DNA from: Cytophagaceae bacterium
GTDB lineage: Bacteria; Bacteroidota; Bacteroidia; Cytophagales; UBA9547
Reading direction: 5' to 3'
DNA length: 64,000 nt
Assembly: GCA_027488865.1 (NCBI GenBank)
Contig: JAIYAU010000022.1
Location: 3,969-67,968 of the forward strand
Shown: positions 1 to 9,169 of the stretch, one piece after another
How the letters are laid out: every line of letters starts with the position of its first letter
Position numbering within the stretch: the stretch's first letter is position 1
Notes under the pieces: generated by a model
The model's input: only the letters and a program-made list of their open reading frames with translations
Told to the model about the DNA's origin: nothing
Database searches by the model: none
Made by a program: the position numbers and the translations under genes

Positions 1-20
1 ACAGGTTTTTTGTTATTCCA

Positions 21-926
21 TCACCTCATTTTAGCCCTTTTTGTTAAAAAATCCATCATTACTTTATCCCAACCCAGTTGTATATCAGCTTCAACAAGGG
101 TTATTTTATATTGTTCACATTTTAATTGAAGATTGATTTTTTCGTTATGCAGACTTTCTAAATAAGCATCACGCACCTGTGTGGGGTTAAGTTTCACCTT
201 TTGGCCACTTTCTAGATCAATAAATTGATATGGACGATCTTCAAAATCGAACTCCAGCTCGCTTTTTTTATCTACTACATTAAAAATCACCACCTCATGT
301 TTGTTATGTTTGAGGTGCTGAAGCGCACTCATGATTTGATCCATTTCTGACAGGTTGTCAAACATATCACTAAAAATTACAATCAAAGATCGTTTATGTT
401 GCCTATCAGCAATGTGGCTCAATGCTGTACTTAATGAAGTATTGGCTTCTTTAGGTATAAAATCTAATAGTTGACTAAGTTTAACAAAAAGCTGGTGTAA
501 ATGTGTGTTTGTTGATTTTGTTTCAGATTGGTATTGAACAGCATCAGAAAAAAATGTAAGGCTTACTGCATCTCTTTGTTTTTGTAAAAGTTGTAACAGA
601 CATGCAGCAGCCATAAGGCTAAAAGTTATTTTACCATTATTTTCTTTTGGATAGTACATACTTGATGAAACATCAAGCACAATATTACACCTTAGATTAG
701 TTTCTTCTTCAAAACGCTTGGTAAACAGCTTGTCGGTTTTAGCAAAAACCTTCCAATCAATGTATTTTGTACTATCACCATTATTATAAAGTCTGTGTTC
801 TGCAAATTCAACCGAAAATCCATGAAAAGGAGATTTGTGAAGGCCAGTAATAAAACCTTCCACCACCTGTTTGGCCAAAAGTTCCAAATTTCCGATTTTC
901 TTTACATCTGCAAGGGTGATATTCAT
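21..926 (-). CDS. DUF58 domain-containing protein (vWA-like; usually MoxR/Bat-cluster associated)
   Basis: 301-aa ORF. The N-terminal block HKSPFHGFSVEFAEHRLY...DWKVFAKTDKLFTKRFEEE matches the DUF58 signature as I recall it. Confidence 0.7.
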   Translation of the reverse strand: MNITLADVKKIGNLELLAKQVVEGFITGLHKSPFHGFSVEFAEHRLYNNGDSTKYIDWKVFAKTDKLFTKRFEEETNLRCNIVLDVSSSMYYPKENNGKITFSLMAAACLLQLLQKQRDAVSLTFFSDAVQYQSETKSTNTHLHQLFVKLSQLLDFIPKEANTSLSTALSHIADRQHKRSLIVIFSDMFDNLSEMDQIMSALQHLKHNKHEVVIFNVVDKKSELEFDFEDRPYQFIDLESGQKVKLNPTQVRDAYLESLHNEKINLQLKCEQYKITLVEADIQLGWDKVMMDFLTKRAKMR

Positions 927-1240
927 GTTGAAATCTTAACTGGGTTGGAGAAAATTTATTACCATTTGACCAAGCAAATTTATAAAATTTTAAGCAATAG
1001 TTTATCCCAGTTTAACTAACAGAACATTAAAACACAATCATTCTTAAATGATGAGTAAATGATGCCGAAATGCCTGAAAACGTTAAATTTTTGAACTATA
1101 ATTAGGAGTAAATTTCTTAAGACATTACAAGCCTCTTTTGGTAAAATCAAAGAACAAAAAGTGAAAATGTTTGATTTAAACGATGAAGATTGTTAAGTCA
1201 ATCTTAGTCTGTTCGCTAGATTTATACCACGAAACAATCA

Positions 1241-2056
1241 TCAATTTTCTTTGTTCAAAGAATTTTTTATGTCCTTTAACTCTTGGGTAATTTGGTCAAG
1301 TTTTGTGCTTAAATCCGATATTTTATTTTCCATGCCCACATTAGAATCGCTCACCATAGAATCTACAAAAATGGAGTTAACTAAAGATAAGCCAAGAATC
1401 CCCCCTACTATTAACAACACCGAGAAAAAAAATCTTGTCAAAAATGAGCCAATTTCGTTGGTATGGGCGGATATACTATCGGGTATCTCGTACCACCCTT
1501 CAACTGTAAATATTTTAAAAATCGAATACAAAGAAATCAATGGATTACCAAAATATTCGGGTGATAAATGCTTAAACAGGTAACATGTAAGAATAGAAAG
1601 CACCAAAATCATTATAAAAAAGCTCAATAAAACCAAAACCGATGATTTAATGGCCCTTTGTACACCAGATATAAGATGCTCAATACCAGGTATAAATCTA
1701 ATGAATCTAAAAAATTTAAATACCCTGCATAACCTTAACACTAAAAAGAAGCCAAAATCTAACTCGTTCTGATTGCTAAAGGCCATAAACAAAGAAGGCA
1801 AAGAAAGTATCACTAAAATAAGGTCCAGCTTATTCCATCCAGATTTTATGTATTGTGTCCAACCATAATGATTAAGCTCCACGACGAGTTCAATGCAAAA
1901 AATTATAGTAAAAAAATGATCCAGAAATGATATGATCGAAACCAGTAAAGGTGGTAGATTGTCGAACCCTTCTATAAAGACAGTGATTGAATTAAGTAAA
2001 ATGATGATGATTACATTTCGCTCATTTAAAAAAAATCTTTTTAATACTGAATTCAT
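1241..2056 (-). CDS. Single-domain voltage-gated cation channel (BacNav/NaChBac-like ion transport protein)
   Basis: 271 aa with six predicted TM segments. S4-like helix LRLCRVFKFFRFIRF has R/K at every third residue. Pore motif is FKIFTVEGWYEIP (compare TLESW in NaChBac). The C-terminal tail is coiled-coil-like. Confidence 0.75.
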   Translation of the reverse strand: MNSVLKRFFLNERNVIIIILLNSITVFIEGFDNLPPLLVSIISFLDHFFTIIFCIELVVELNHYGWTQYIKSGWNKLDLILVILSLPSLFMAFSNQNELDFGFFLVLRLCRVFKFFRFIRFIPGIEHLISGVQRAIKSSVLVLLSFFIMILVLSILTCYLFKHLSPEYFGNPLISLYSIFKIFTVEGWYEIPDSISAHTNEIGSFLTRFFFSVLLIVGGILGLSLVNSIFVDSMVSDSNVGMENKISDLSTKLDQITQELKDIKNSLNKEN

Positions 2057-2279
2057 AAATGGGAATTTTAAAATAAAAAAACTAACACAAGCTAATAAAG
2101 TTATAAATAAAAGCTACAAAAATTTAATATGGAAATTTTGATAAAAAAATAATAAATTTTCAGTTCAAACTAGGCAGTTTAAAACCAAAAATAACCCAAT
2201 TATTAAGAAATTATCAGCCTTGGTGCTAGAAATAACTTATAGCTGTATTAAAAATTAAAAAAGTGTTAAAAACAAAAAT

Positions 2280-2335
2280 AAATGAGTAATGGGTAATAGA
2301 TAATGAACAATGTATAATGAATAATTGATAATGGA
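2280..2335. repeat. Imperfect heptanucleotide tandem repeat, 8 copies, consensus TAATGRR on the plus strand (CATTA phased every 7/14 nt on the minus strand)
   Basis: Read directly: aaatgag taatggg taataga taatgaa caatgta taatgaa taattga taatgga. Confidence 0.85.
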
Positions 2336-2386
2336 AATATCCTTATTTTTAAATTCTTACTGTAAATAAGAAAAAACCTTAAAACG

Positions 2387-2578
2387 TTATAATTTTTTAA
2401 CGTTAATGGCATTAACACCTTTTTTGCCTTGGGTTACTTCAAACGATACCTTGTCGTTTTCTTTTACCTTTTCTGACAAGCCAGTTGCGTGAACAAAAAT
2501 ATCTTGTTTAGTGGCGTCATCTTTAATGAATCCAAATCCTTTCTCTTCATTAAAAAATTTAATGATTCCAGTTTGCAT
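2387..2578 (-). CDS. Cold-shock protein (CspA family)
   Basis: 63 aa. MQTGIIKFFNEEKGFGFI...DIFVH contains the RNP-1/RNP-2-like CSD motifs. Confidence 0.95.
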   Translation of the reverse strand: MQTGIIKFFNEEKGFGFIKDDATKQDIFVHATGLSEKVKENDKVSFEVTQGKKGVNAINVKKL

Positions 2579-2657
2579 AAAATGATTTATTTAAAATTTT
2601 ATAACTAAATTTCAGAATAAAATAATTTTTTTCCAAATACTAACAAATAATATTTAC

Positions 2658-3437
2658 TTGGAAAATTTGAAGGTCACTTATATTCAAACTGCTTTACATT
2701 GGATGTCTCCATCGGCAAATTGGGCAATGTTAGAGGAGAAAATATTTTTAATTGGTCCCACCACAGACATAATTGTGCTTCCAGAGCTTTTTACTACAGG
2801 TTTTGCCCCTGAGGCCGCAAATTTTGCTGAACCAATGAATCTAACCACATTTAAGTGGATGAAACAAATGGCAGAATACACTCAAGCAATGGTCATCGGC
2901 AGCTACCCAGTGATAGAGAAAGAGAAGATTTTTAATAGATTAATTGCCATGAAACCAGGGGGAAGCTATCAATGGTATGATAAACGGCATTTGTTTTCGT
3001 TGGGAAATGAACAGCAAAATTTTTCAAGTGGAAATAACAAAATAATAGTTGAGTGGAAGTCCTGGAAAATATGCCCATTTATATGTTACGACCTCAGGTT
3101 TCCCGTTTGGAGTAGGCAAGGCTCACAAGACCATTACGATCTCCTATTGTATATTGCTAATTGGCCTCAAACTAGAATTAACGCATGGACGACTTTGTTA
3201 AAAGCGAGGGCCATCGAAAATGTATCTTATGTATTGGGCTGTAACATCATAGGTGCAGATAACCAAGGAAATACCTATAATGGACATTCAGCGATTTACA
3301 ATTACAAGGGGGAAGAACTATTTAACAGTTTCGAATCCGAAACTATTAATACCGTTACCTTGTTAAAAGGAGAATTGAATAGTTTTAGAGCTAAGTTTCC
3401 TGTTTTAGCAGACGCAGATTTATTTTCAATAACATGA
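2658..3437 (+). CDS. Carbon-nitrogen hydrolase family protein (nitrilase superfamily, omega-amidase/YafV-like)
   Basis: 259 aa with a TTG start. PELF (catalytic Glu region), YDKRHLF (Lys) and ICYDLRFPVW (catalytic Cys) form the E-K-C triad context. Confidence 0.85.
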   Translation: MENLKVTYIQTALHWMSPSANWAMLEEKIFLIGPTTDIIVLPELFTTGFAPEAANFAEPMNLTTFKWMKQMAEYTQAMVIGSYPVIEKEKIFNRLIAMKPGGSYQWYDKRHLFSLGNEQQNFSSGNNKIIVEWKSWKICPFICYDLRFPVWSRQGSQDHYDLLLYIANWPQTRINAWTTLLKARAIENVSYVLGCNIIGADNQGNTYNGHSAIYNYKGEELFNSFESETINTVTLLKGELNSFRAKFPVLADADLFSIT

Positions 3438-3829
3438 AAAATCACGATATAGTACTTTTTGATGGGGTTTGTAATTTTTGCAATAGCAGTATTAACTTAG
3501 TGATTGACAACGACCCAAATGTTTATTTTAAATTTGTATCCTTACAATCAACGTTGGGTCAAACCCTCACAGAAAAGTATCAACTCAAAAATATAGATAC
3601 GGTTATCCTAATTAGTAATAATAAAGCTTACACAAAATCTACTGCAGCACTTAAAATAGCCAAAAAATTAAAGGGTCTTTGGCCATTAACAAATATCTTT
3701 ATAATTATACCCACTTTTGTTCGTGATATAGTGTACGATATAATAGCTAAAAACAGATACAAATGGTTTGGTAAGTCAGATTCTTGTCGAATGCCCACTC
3801 CAGAACTCAAGGAAAGATTTTTATCCTAG
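3434..3829 (+). CDS. DCC1-like thiol-disulfide oxidoreductase (DUF393 family)
   Basis: 131 aa. The N-terminal FDGVCNFCN motif is the DxxCxxC motif of the DCC family. There is a 4-nt ATGA overlap with the upstream hydrolase. Confidence 0.8.
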   Translation: MKNHDIVLFDGVCNFCNSSINLVIDNDPNVYFKFVSLQSTLGQTLTEKYQLKNIDTVILISNNKAYTKSTAALKIAKKLKGLWPLTNIFIIIPTFVRDIVYDIIAKNRYKWFGKSDSCRMPTPELKERFLS

Positions 3830-3854
3830 TTTTTGAACAAATTAGAAAGGTATT

Positions 3855-4994
3855 TTAAATATGCGCCAGATGTACAAAATATTGAAGTCCCTTACCCATT
3901 TTGAAATCATTCATCCACTTTTTAACTGTGGTGGTATTTGCCAATAACAAATTGGTTTGATTTAATTTTTTAATCACTTTTATCTCCCTTGCGCTTAAGG
4001 AACCATCAATTATTAAGCCCAATACCAGCAATTTTACTACTAACACTGCTTGAGGTTTTGGTAAGGTAGCGAGTTGTACAATAAAATCCTCATAATGTGT
4101 GGTAATAATGCTTTTGTCAAGATCAAAAGCATTGAACACTTGATTAATAAGCAGAAAATGGTTGTGATGAAAATCTCTTTTTGTAACAGCCATAAATTGA
4201 AGACTATCAAATAATATTCGTTCATAGTCTTTGTCATTTTTATACTTACTTAATTCATTCACCAGATTCTTAATAATATTGGGAGCCATAATGCGCAAAA
4301 CGGCTTCATTAATTATCTTGTTGGTCGCAAAAATATTCCAAAACGCAAAAATGGGTATGCCAATGTAGTCGATATATGTTTTGAGGTATAATCTGCCCAA
4401 CACCCGTCCCAATACAAATTTTACAAAAAGATTGCTTAAAGTTGCTTTTAGAGAGTACAAGCTAGTAAACATAAACAAACCAAACTTTGGTAATCCAGCT
4501 AAGGGATTAATACCAAACTCCAAAATCCTTTTGGCTGGTTTCTCTAAGCTTACGTCTGTAAGTGCTTGTATATGTGTTGAAAAATCGCTTTCTAAAGGAG
4601 GAAAACCACAAATAGCTGCCATCCTTTTTACAAGATGCACATGCAAAATAGTAAGGGCGCCTATCTCAACCCAGGCTAAAATGAATCCATATAATGTAAA
4701 ACTAAGGGAAATTTCTACTATCCCTATCCAAGGCATATCAAGTCTATTGGTTTCAAATAATGAAGGATACAATTGTCTTGGCAAATACAAAAGTAAAACC
4801 CCAGCTAATCCCAAAAATCCGGATGTAAATAAAGTTCCAAATTTAAGCACCTTCAGTTCCTTGGTTTCTTGAGCAGAGAGTTGATGTATTTGGTCAATCA
4901 AAGGTGGTTTTATAACCCGATTAAGGGTATACAAATACCTAAAAACCCAAGCCTCGTGTAGTGTTTTCTTTTTTCTTTTTAGAAAAGGATTCAT
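3855..4994 (-). CDS. Hypothetical multi-pass membrane protein
   Basis: 379-aa ORF with several hydrophobic segments. I do not recognise a family. Confidence 0.45.
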   Translation of the reverse strand: MNPFLKRKKKTLHEAWVFRYLYTLNRVIKPPLIDQIHQLSAQETKELKVLKFGTLFTSGFLGLAGVLLLYLPRQLYPSLFETNRLDMPWIGIVEISLSFTLYGFILAWVEIGALTILHVHLVKRMAAICGFPPLESDFSTHIQALTDVSLEKPAKRILEFGINPLAGLPKFGLFMFTSLYSLKATLSNLFVKFVLGRVLGRLYLKTYIDYIGIPIFAFWNIFATNKIINEAVLRIMAPNIIKNLVNELSKYKNDKDYERILFDSLQFMAVTKRDFHHNHFLLINQVFNAFDLDKSIITTHYEDFIVQLATLPKPQAVLVVKLLVLGLIIDGSLSAREIKVIKKLNQTNLLLANTTTVKKWMNDFKMGKGLQYFVHLAHI

Positions 4995-5188
4995 AGCTAT
5001 GACACAATCAGCATTAAAATCGTAAGACCAAAATAATACAATTTCAAATCATAAAAATAGGCTATTCAGCCAAATTAAGTATGGGTTTTAAAAAATAATT
5101 ACAATTATTTAATTTTATTTCCTATTTTTACAAGGTTTAGACTAAGTAATGTTCCACTAAAACAACACTTTGTCCATTTATTTAGGCA

Positions 5189-7006
5189 ATGAGAAATTTA
5201 AAATTGTTAAATTTTATTATTTTATTAATATTTTCAGTTGGTCTATTTACACTGAGTGCTCAAACACCAACTAAGCCATCCAAAACCGCTGGTATAGAGC
5301 AAGGTAGCTTTCAATGGATAGTAGAACCCAAATACCAATCAATAGGACAATTTGATGAAGGCCTTGCCCCTTTTGGCTTAAATGGGAAATTTGGTTATTT
5401 GGATAGAAAAGGTAGTGTGGTAATTCCTCCAAGCTATGCTGGATATCTAAAGTTTAGTGAAGGCGTGGCAGGTGTAGAAAAAATAGGAGATGCAAAAGTA
5501 GCCTTAGCCAATGACAATAAATGGGGATACATTAACACGGGAGGAAGCTATGCCATTAAACCACAATTTGATTACGCAGCTCCATTTTCAAATGGAGTAG
5601 CTGGGGTAAAAGTTGGTGATAAGTATGGTTTTATTGACAAATCTGGCAACATAGTGGTAGAGCCTCAATATAAATATGTTTACAATACTTTTAATGAAGG
5701 GTTACTAGCACTTACCACACTTAATTCGAAGTTTGGATATATTGATGTAGATGGCAATATGGTTATACCAGCCGTTTATGCTGGTGCAAACACCTTTTCC
5801 GATGGGCTTGGCGCAGTAAAAGAAAAATACGATTGGGGCTTTGTGGATCATGGAGGTGAATTAATCATTCCTATGCTCTATTCTCAAGTTGGTAATTTTA
5901 AGAATGGTATTTGTAAAGTTCAACAGAAAACCAAATGGGGATACATAAACAAAGACGGAATAGAAAAGGTAAAAATTCAATATGAAGAAATAAACAATAT
6001 TTCAGAAGATGCTGTAGGCTGTAAACTAGGAGGTAAATGGGGTTTTGTAGATCTTGAAGGCAATACTTTTATAACCCATCGTTTTGACGAAGCAGGTAAT
6101 TTTTCTAATGGAATAGCCCCAATACGGCAAGCAGGAAAATGGGGTTATATTGACAGAACTGGTGATTTTGTGATACCAGCCGTATACGAATCAGCCTCAG
6201 ACTTTTTAGATGGTTATGCCAAAATAAAAAAAAATGGAAAATGGGGTTATATTGATAAAAATGGAAATACCATTCTGGAACCTCAATTTGATGAAGCCTC
6301 AGAAATAAAAGACCTTTACGCTCGTGTTAAAAAAGCAGGCAAATGGGGTCTAATTTTATTTAAAAGAATGGCAAACACAAATTACCTGCTTATCAAAGGT
6401 AAAATAACAAATAGTAAAACTAACACTTCCATCAATGGCGTAACTGTGTTGATAGAAGAGCTGGCTACAGGTAAAATAATAGAAAAACTTACCACCAACA
6501 CCAATGGAGAGTATAAAAGTCAAAAACTTGATTTGGGTAAAAAGTACGGTATCTATGCTACCGTAAAGGATTATATAGCTGAAAATCAAAGATATACAAA
6601 CTCTGATACACTCACCACTAAATCAGCCACGATAGACTTAAAGATGCACCCAATCGAACTAGGGGAAAAAGTAACTTTGAACAACATATTTTTTGAATTT
6701 GGAAAAGCCGCTATTCTTTCTAGTTCTTATCCTGACTTAGATTTATTGGCCAACATATTAAAAGAGCACCCTAATATGAAAATCGAAATTGCTGGACATA
6801 CTGATAATAGGGGGAGTAAAGAAAAAAACTTACAAGTATCCAAAGACAGAGCAAAAACACTTAAAAGTTATTTAGTAAAAAAGGGCGTTCCCGATACCAG
6901 AATAGACATCATTGGCTTTGGTGCTAGTGTGCCTATTGCGCCAAACGATACAGAAGAAGGCCGTACTAAAAACAGAAGGGTTGAGTACAAAATAACCAGC
7001 AAATAG
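5189..7006 (+). CDS. WG-repeat (KWGYID) protein with C-terminal OmpA-like peptidoglycan-binding domain
   Basis: 605 aa with a signal peptide. About 10 repeats of the form G(K/L)(W/F)GYI(D/N)xxG. A CarboxypepD_reg-like segment is present. The C-terminus FEFGKA...IEIAGHTDNRGS...NRRVEY is OmpA_C-like. Confidence 0.85.
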   Translation: MRNLKLLNFIILLIFSVGLFTLSAQTPTKPSKTAGIEQGSFQWIVEPKYQSIGQFDEGLAPFGLNGKFGYLDRKGSVVIPPSYAGYLKFSEGVAGVEKIGDAKVALANDNKWGYINTGGSYAIKPQFDYAAPFSNGVAGVKVGDKYGFIDKSGNIVVEPQYKYVYNTFNEGLLALTTLNSKFGYIDVDGNMVIPAVYAGANTFSDGLGAVKEKYDWGFVDHGGELIIPMLYSQVGNFKNGICKVQQKTKWGYINKDGIEKVKIQYEEINNISEDAVGCKLGGKWGFVDLEGNTFITHRFDEAGNFSNGIAPIRQAGKWGYIDRTGDFVIPAVYESASDFLDGYAKIKKNGKWGYIDKNGNTILEPQFDEASEIKDLYARVKKAGKWGLILFKRMANTNYLLIKGKITNSKTNTSINGVTVLIEELATGKIIEKLTTNTNGEYKSQKLDLGKKYGIYATVKDYIAENQRYTNSDTLTTKSATIDLKMHPIELGEKVTLNNIFFEFGKAAILSSSYPDLDLLANILKEHPNMKIEIAGHTDNRGSKEKNLQVSKDRAKTLKSYLVKKGVPDTRIDIIGFGASVPIAPNDTEEGRTKNRRVEYKITSK

Positions 7007-7018
7007 TTATTGTTAATT

Positions 7019-8101
7019 ATGCACAAAAGGGTTATTCTTTCGGTAATTAACGACCTCACCATCGACCAAAGATTGCATAAAGTTTGTACCACGCTTTTAA
7101 ATGCAGGATACGAAGTCGAACTAGTAGGAAGGAAAAAAAGAAATTCCTTACCGCTCACAAACCAGTCTTACAAAACCACTCGGCTCAATCTTATTTTTGA
7201 AAAAGGAAAACTGTTCTATTTGGAATACAACTTGAAACTATTTTTTTATCTTTTGTTTAAAAAGGTAGATATTCTAACTGCTAATGATTTGGATACGCTT
7301 TTACCTAACTTTTTGGTGGCTAAAATGCGTAAAAAAGACCTAATATTTGACACCCATGAGTATTTTACAGAAATGCCTGAGCTTGTCACCAGACCACAAA
7401 CACAAAAAATTTGGCTTATTCTAGAGAAGTTCTTATTCCCTAGACTTGATAAAATCTCCACGGTAAATAATAGCCTTGCCGCTATTTATAAATCATTATA
7501 CAAAAAGGAATTGACTGTAGTAAAAAATGTTCCCTATAGAACTCCGATAATTCCTAAAGAAAAAATACAGCCTATTATAATCTATCAGGGCAACATAAAC
7601 TTAAGTCGTAATATTGATAAAATGTTAAAAGCTGTTGTTCAGCTACCTGAGGTGATTTTTTGGTGCGTTGGACCAGGTGACTTGCTAGAAGAAATGAAAA
7701 GTTTAACAATCAAATTGGGAATACAAAATAGAGTTAAATTTTGGGGCCAAGTACCTTTTAATCAATTGCCTCCTATCACACAACAAGCCAAAATTGGGAT
7801 AAGCATTGAAGCACCTTTAGGGCAAAACTCTGCACTTTGTTTACCTAATAAATTAATGGATTATATACAGGCCGGTTTGCCGGTAATTGTTACTCCACTT
7901 CCAGAAATGAAAAACCTAGTTGAGACCTACAAAAACGGTATAATTCTCAATGATGACCAACCTGAAACTATAACTAAAGCCATTAATTTATTATTAAAGG
8001 ATAAGGAGTTATATAATACCTTGTCTATCAATTCACTGCGTGCTGCAGAAGAATTGTGTTGGGAAAATGAAAGCTCAAAATTGTTAGCCCTTTACAACTA
8101 G
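7019..8101 (+). CDS. Glycosyltransferase (GT4/GT1-like)
   Basis: The ORF track starts at TTG 7010, but I prefer ATG 7019. The C-terminal half has the nucleotide-sugar-binding E...LPNKLMDYIQAGLPVI region typical of GT-B enzymes. Confidence 0.7.
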   Translation: MHKRVILSVINDLTIDQRLHKVCTTLLNAGYEVELVGRKKRNSLPLTNQSYKTTRLNLIFEKGKLFYLEYNLKLFFYLLFKKVDILTANDLDTLLPNFLVAKMRKKDLIFDTHEYFTEMPELVTRPQTQKIWLILEKFLFPRLDKISTVNNSLAAIYKSLYKKELTVVKNVPYRTPIIPKEKIQPIIIYQGNINLSRNIDKMLKAVVQLPEVIFWCVGPGDLLEEMKSLTIKLGIQNRVKFWGQVPFNQLPPITQQAKIGISIEAPLGQNSALCLPNKLMDYIQAGLPVIVTPLPEMKNLVETYKNGIILNDDQPETITKAINLLLKDKELYNTLSINSLRAAEELCWENESSKLLALYN

Positions 8102-8104
8102 GTT

Positions 8105-9037
8105 ATGATATTCGATGTTGTAATTCCTACCTACAATAACTTGAGTGAACTGAAGTTATGTATTAAAGGGTTTGAGCAACAAACGTTTAAAGATTTTCGT
8201 CTGATAATTTGTATTAATGGATACGAAGATGGTACGGTAGAATATTTATCTGACACCGCATTTTCACTTCAAACCGTCATTTGCCAACATCCTAATCGGA
8301 AAAATAACGGAAGACCTGCTAATCGCAATCTAGCACTTGGTCAGGTTCAAGCAAAATTCATTTGTTTTTTTGATTCTGACCTTGTACCAGCGGTTGATTT
8401 ACTAAAAAAGCACTATGACCTTCTAAGCAAACAAGAAGATTGTGTTTCAGTAGGTTCAGTAACTTATTTGGATAAAAATAATATTTGGGCCAATTATCTT
8501 TCTACTAGAGGAGCAAATAAATATAAGGATAAGCAAACGATCCCATTTCAGTATTTTAATACACAGAACGCTGCACTTAAATCTGAGTATTTTGTTAATT
8601 TACAAGGATTTGACCCACTTATAACAGCTTATGGTGGAGATGATACTGAGTTTTCTTATAGATTAAATAAAATGTTTAATTTGCCTACCATAGTAAATAA
8701 AGCTGCAAATGGTACAGGCTTAATGCACAAATCCATCGAGAATGCTCTTAAGCAAATGAGGGAATTTGGTGAATTTAGCCTATTTTACATCACTAACCGT
8801 CATCCTGATTTTAAACAAATCTTTAATGTTAATTTATTCAATCACCCTTTCATAAAAGCCTGTTCTAAAATACTAGAATCAAAATTAGTCGATGATTTTT
8901 TTTTTTTTTTTATAAAATATTTCCCACCTTTCTTAAAGCTTAAGATTATTCACTGGTTGGTTTTTAAAAATATTTATGCCGGGTATAATAAAGCGATAGA
9001 AAAAAAAACTGTTTCGCCTACAGGTGAAAGAAGATAA
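8105..9037 (+). CDS. Glycosyltransferase family 2
   Basis: 310 aa. N-terminal FDVVIPTYNN, FFDSDL (DxD) and GGDDTEF fit the GT-A fold. It contains the poly-T tract. Confidence 0.8.
   Translation: MIFDVVIPTYNNLSELKLCIKGFEQQTFKDFRLIICINGYEDGTVEYLSDTAFSLQTVICQHPNRKNNGRPANRNLALGQVQAKFICFFDSDLVPAVDLLKKHYDLLSKQEDCVSVGSVTYLDKNNIWANYLSTRGANKYKDKQTIPFQYFNTQNAALKSEYFVNLQGFDPLITAYGGDDTEFSYRLNKMFNLPTIVNKAANGTGLMHKSIENALKQMREFGEFSLFYITNRHPDFKQIFNVNLFNHPFIKACSKILESKLVDDFFFFFIKYFPPFLKLKIIHWLVFKNIYAGYNKAIEKKTVSPTGERR
8896..8911 (+). repeat. Homopolymeric T(16) tract inside the GT2 coding sequence (encodes FFFFF)
   Basis: Counted directly: gatgaT then 15 more T, then ataaaatat. Confidence 0.95.
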
Positions 9038-9124
9038 AAATTCTATTAGGCAAATTTTTAAAAGGTTTGTTAATAAAAATATTCCTTCTAAATTTCGAAA
9101 ACTCAATATATCTTTTTAAACAGA

Positions 9125-9146
9125 AAAGCCCAAAAAAATGGGCTTT
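9125..9146. terminator. Hairpin between convergent genes (AAAGCCCA-A6-TGGGCTTT)
   Basis: An 8-bp perfect stem read directly. It lies between the GT2 end (9037) and the 142-aa gene end (9170). The flanking T-tracts are weak. Confidence 0.5.
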
Positions 9147-9169
9147 CGTACAATATCAATTTGTAAAAA

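Noticed and set aside
4381-4872. 163-aa ORF antisense to the 379-aa membrane protein gene. Similar antisense ORFs lie in murB (13912-14256), the ABC transporter (11049-12587), czcA (58255-58749), nuoF (49028-49810) and nuoB (52748-53219).
   Set aside because: These are shadow ORFs inside longer ORFs with recognisable families. There is no independent evidence for them.
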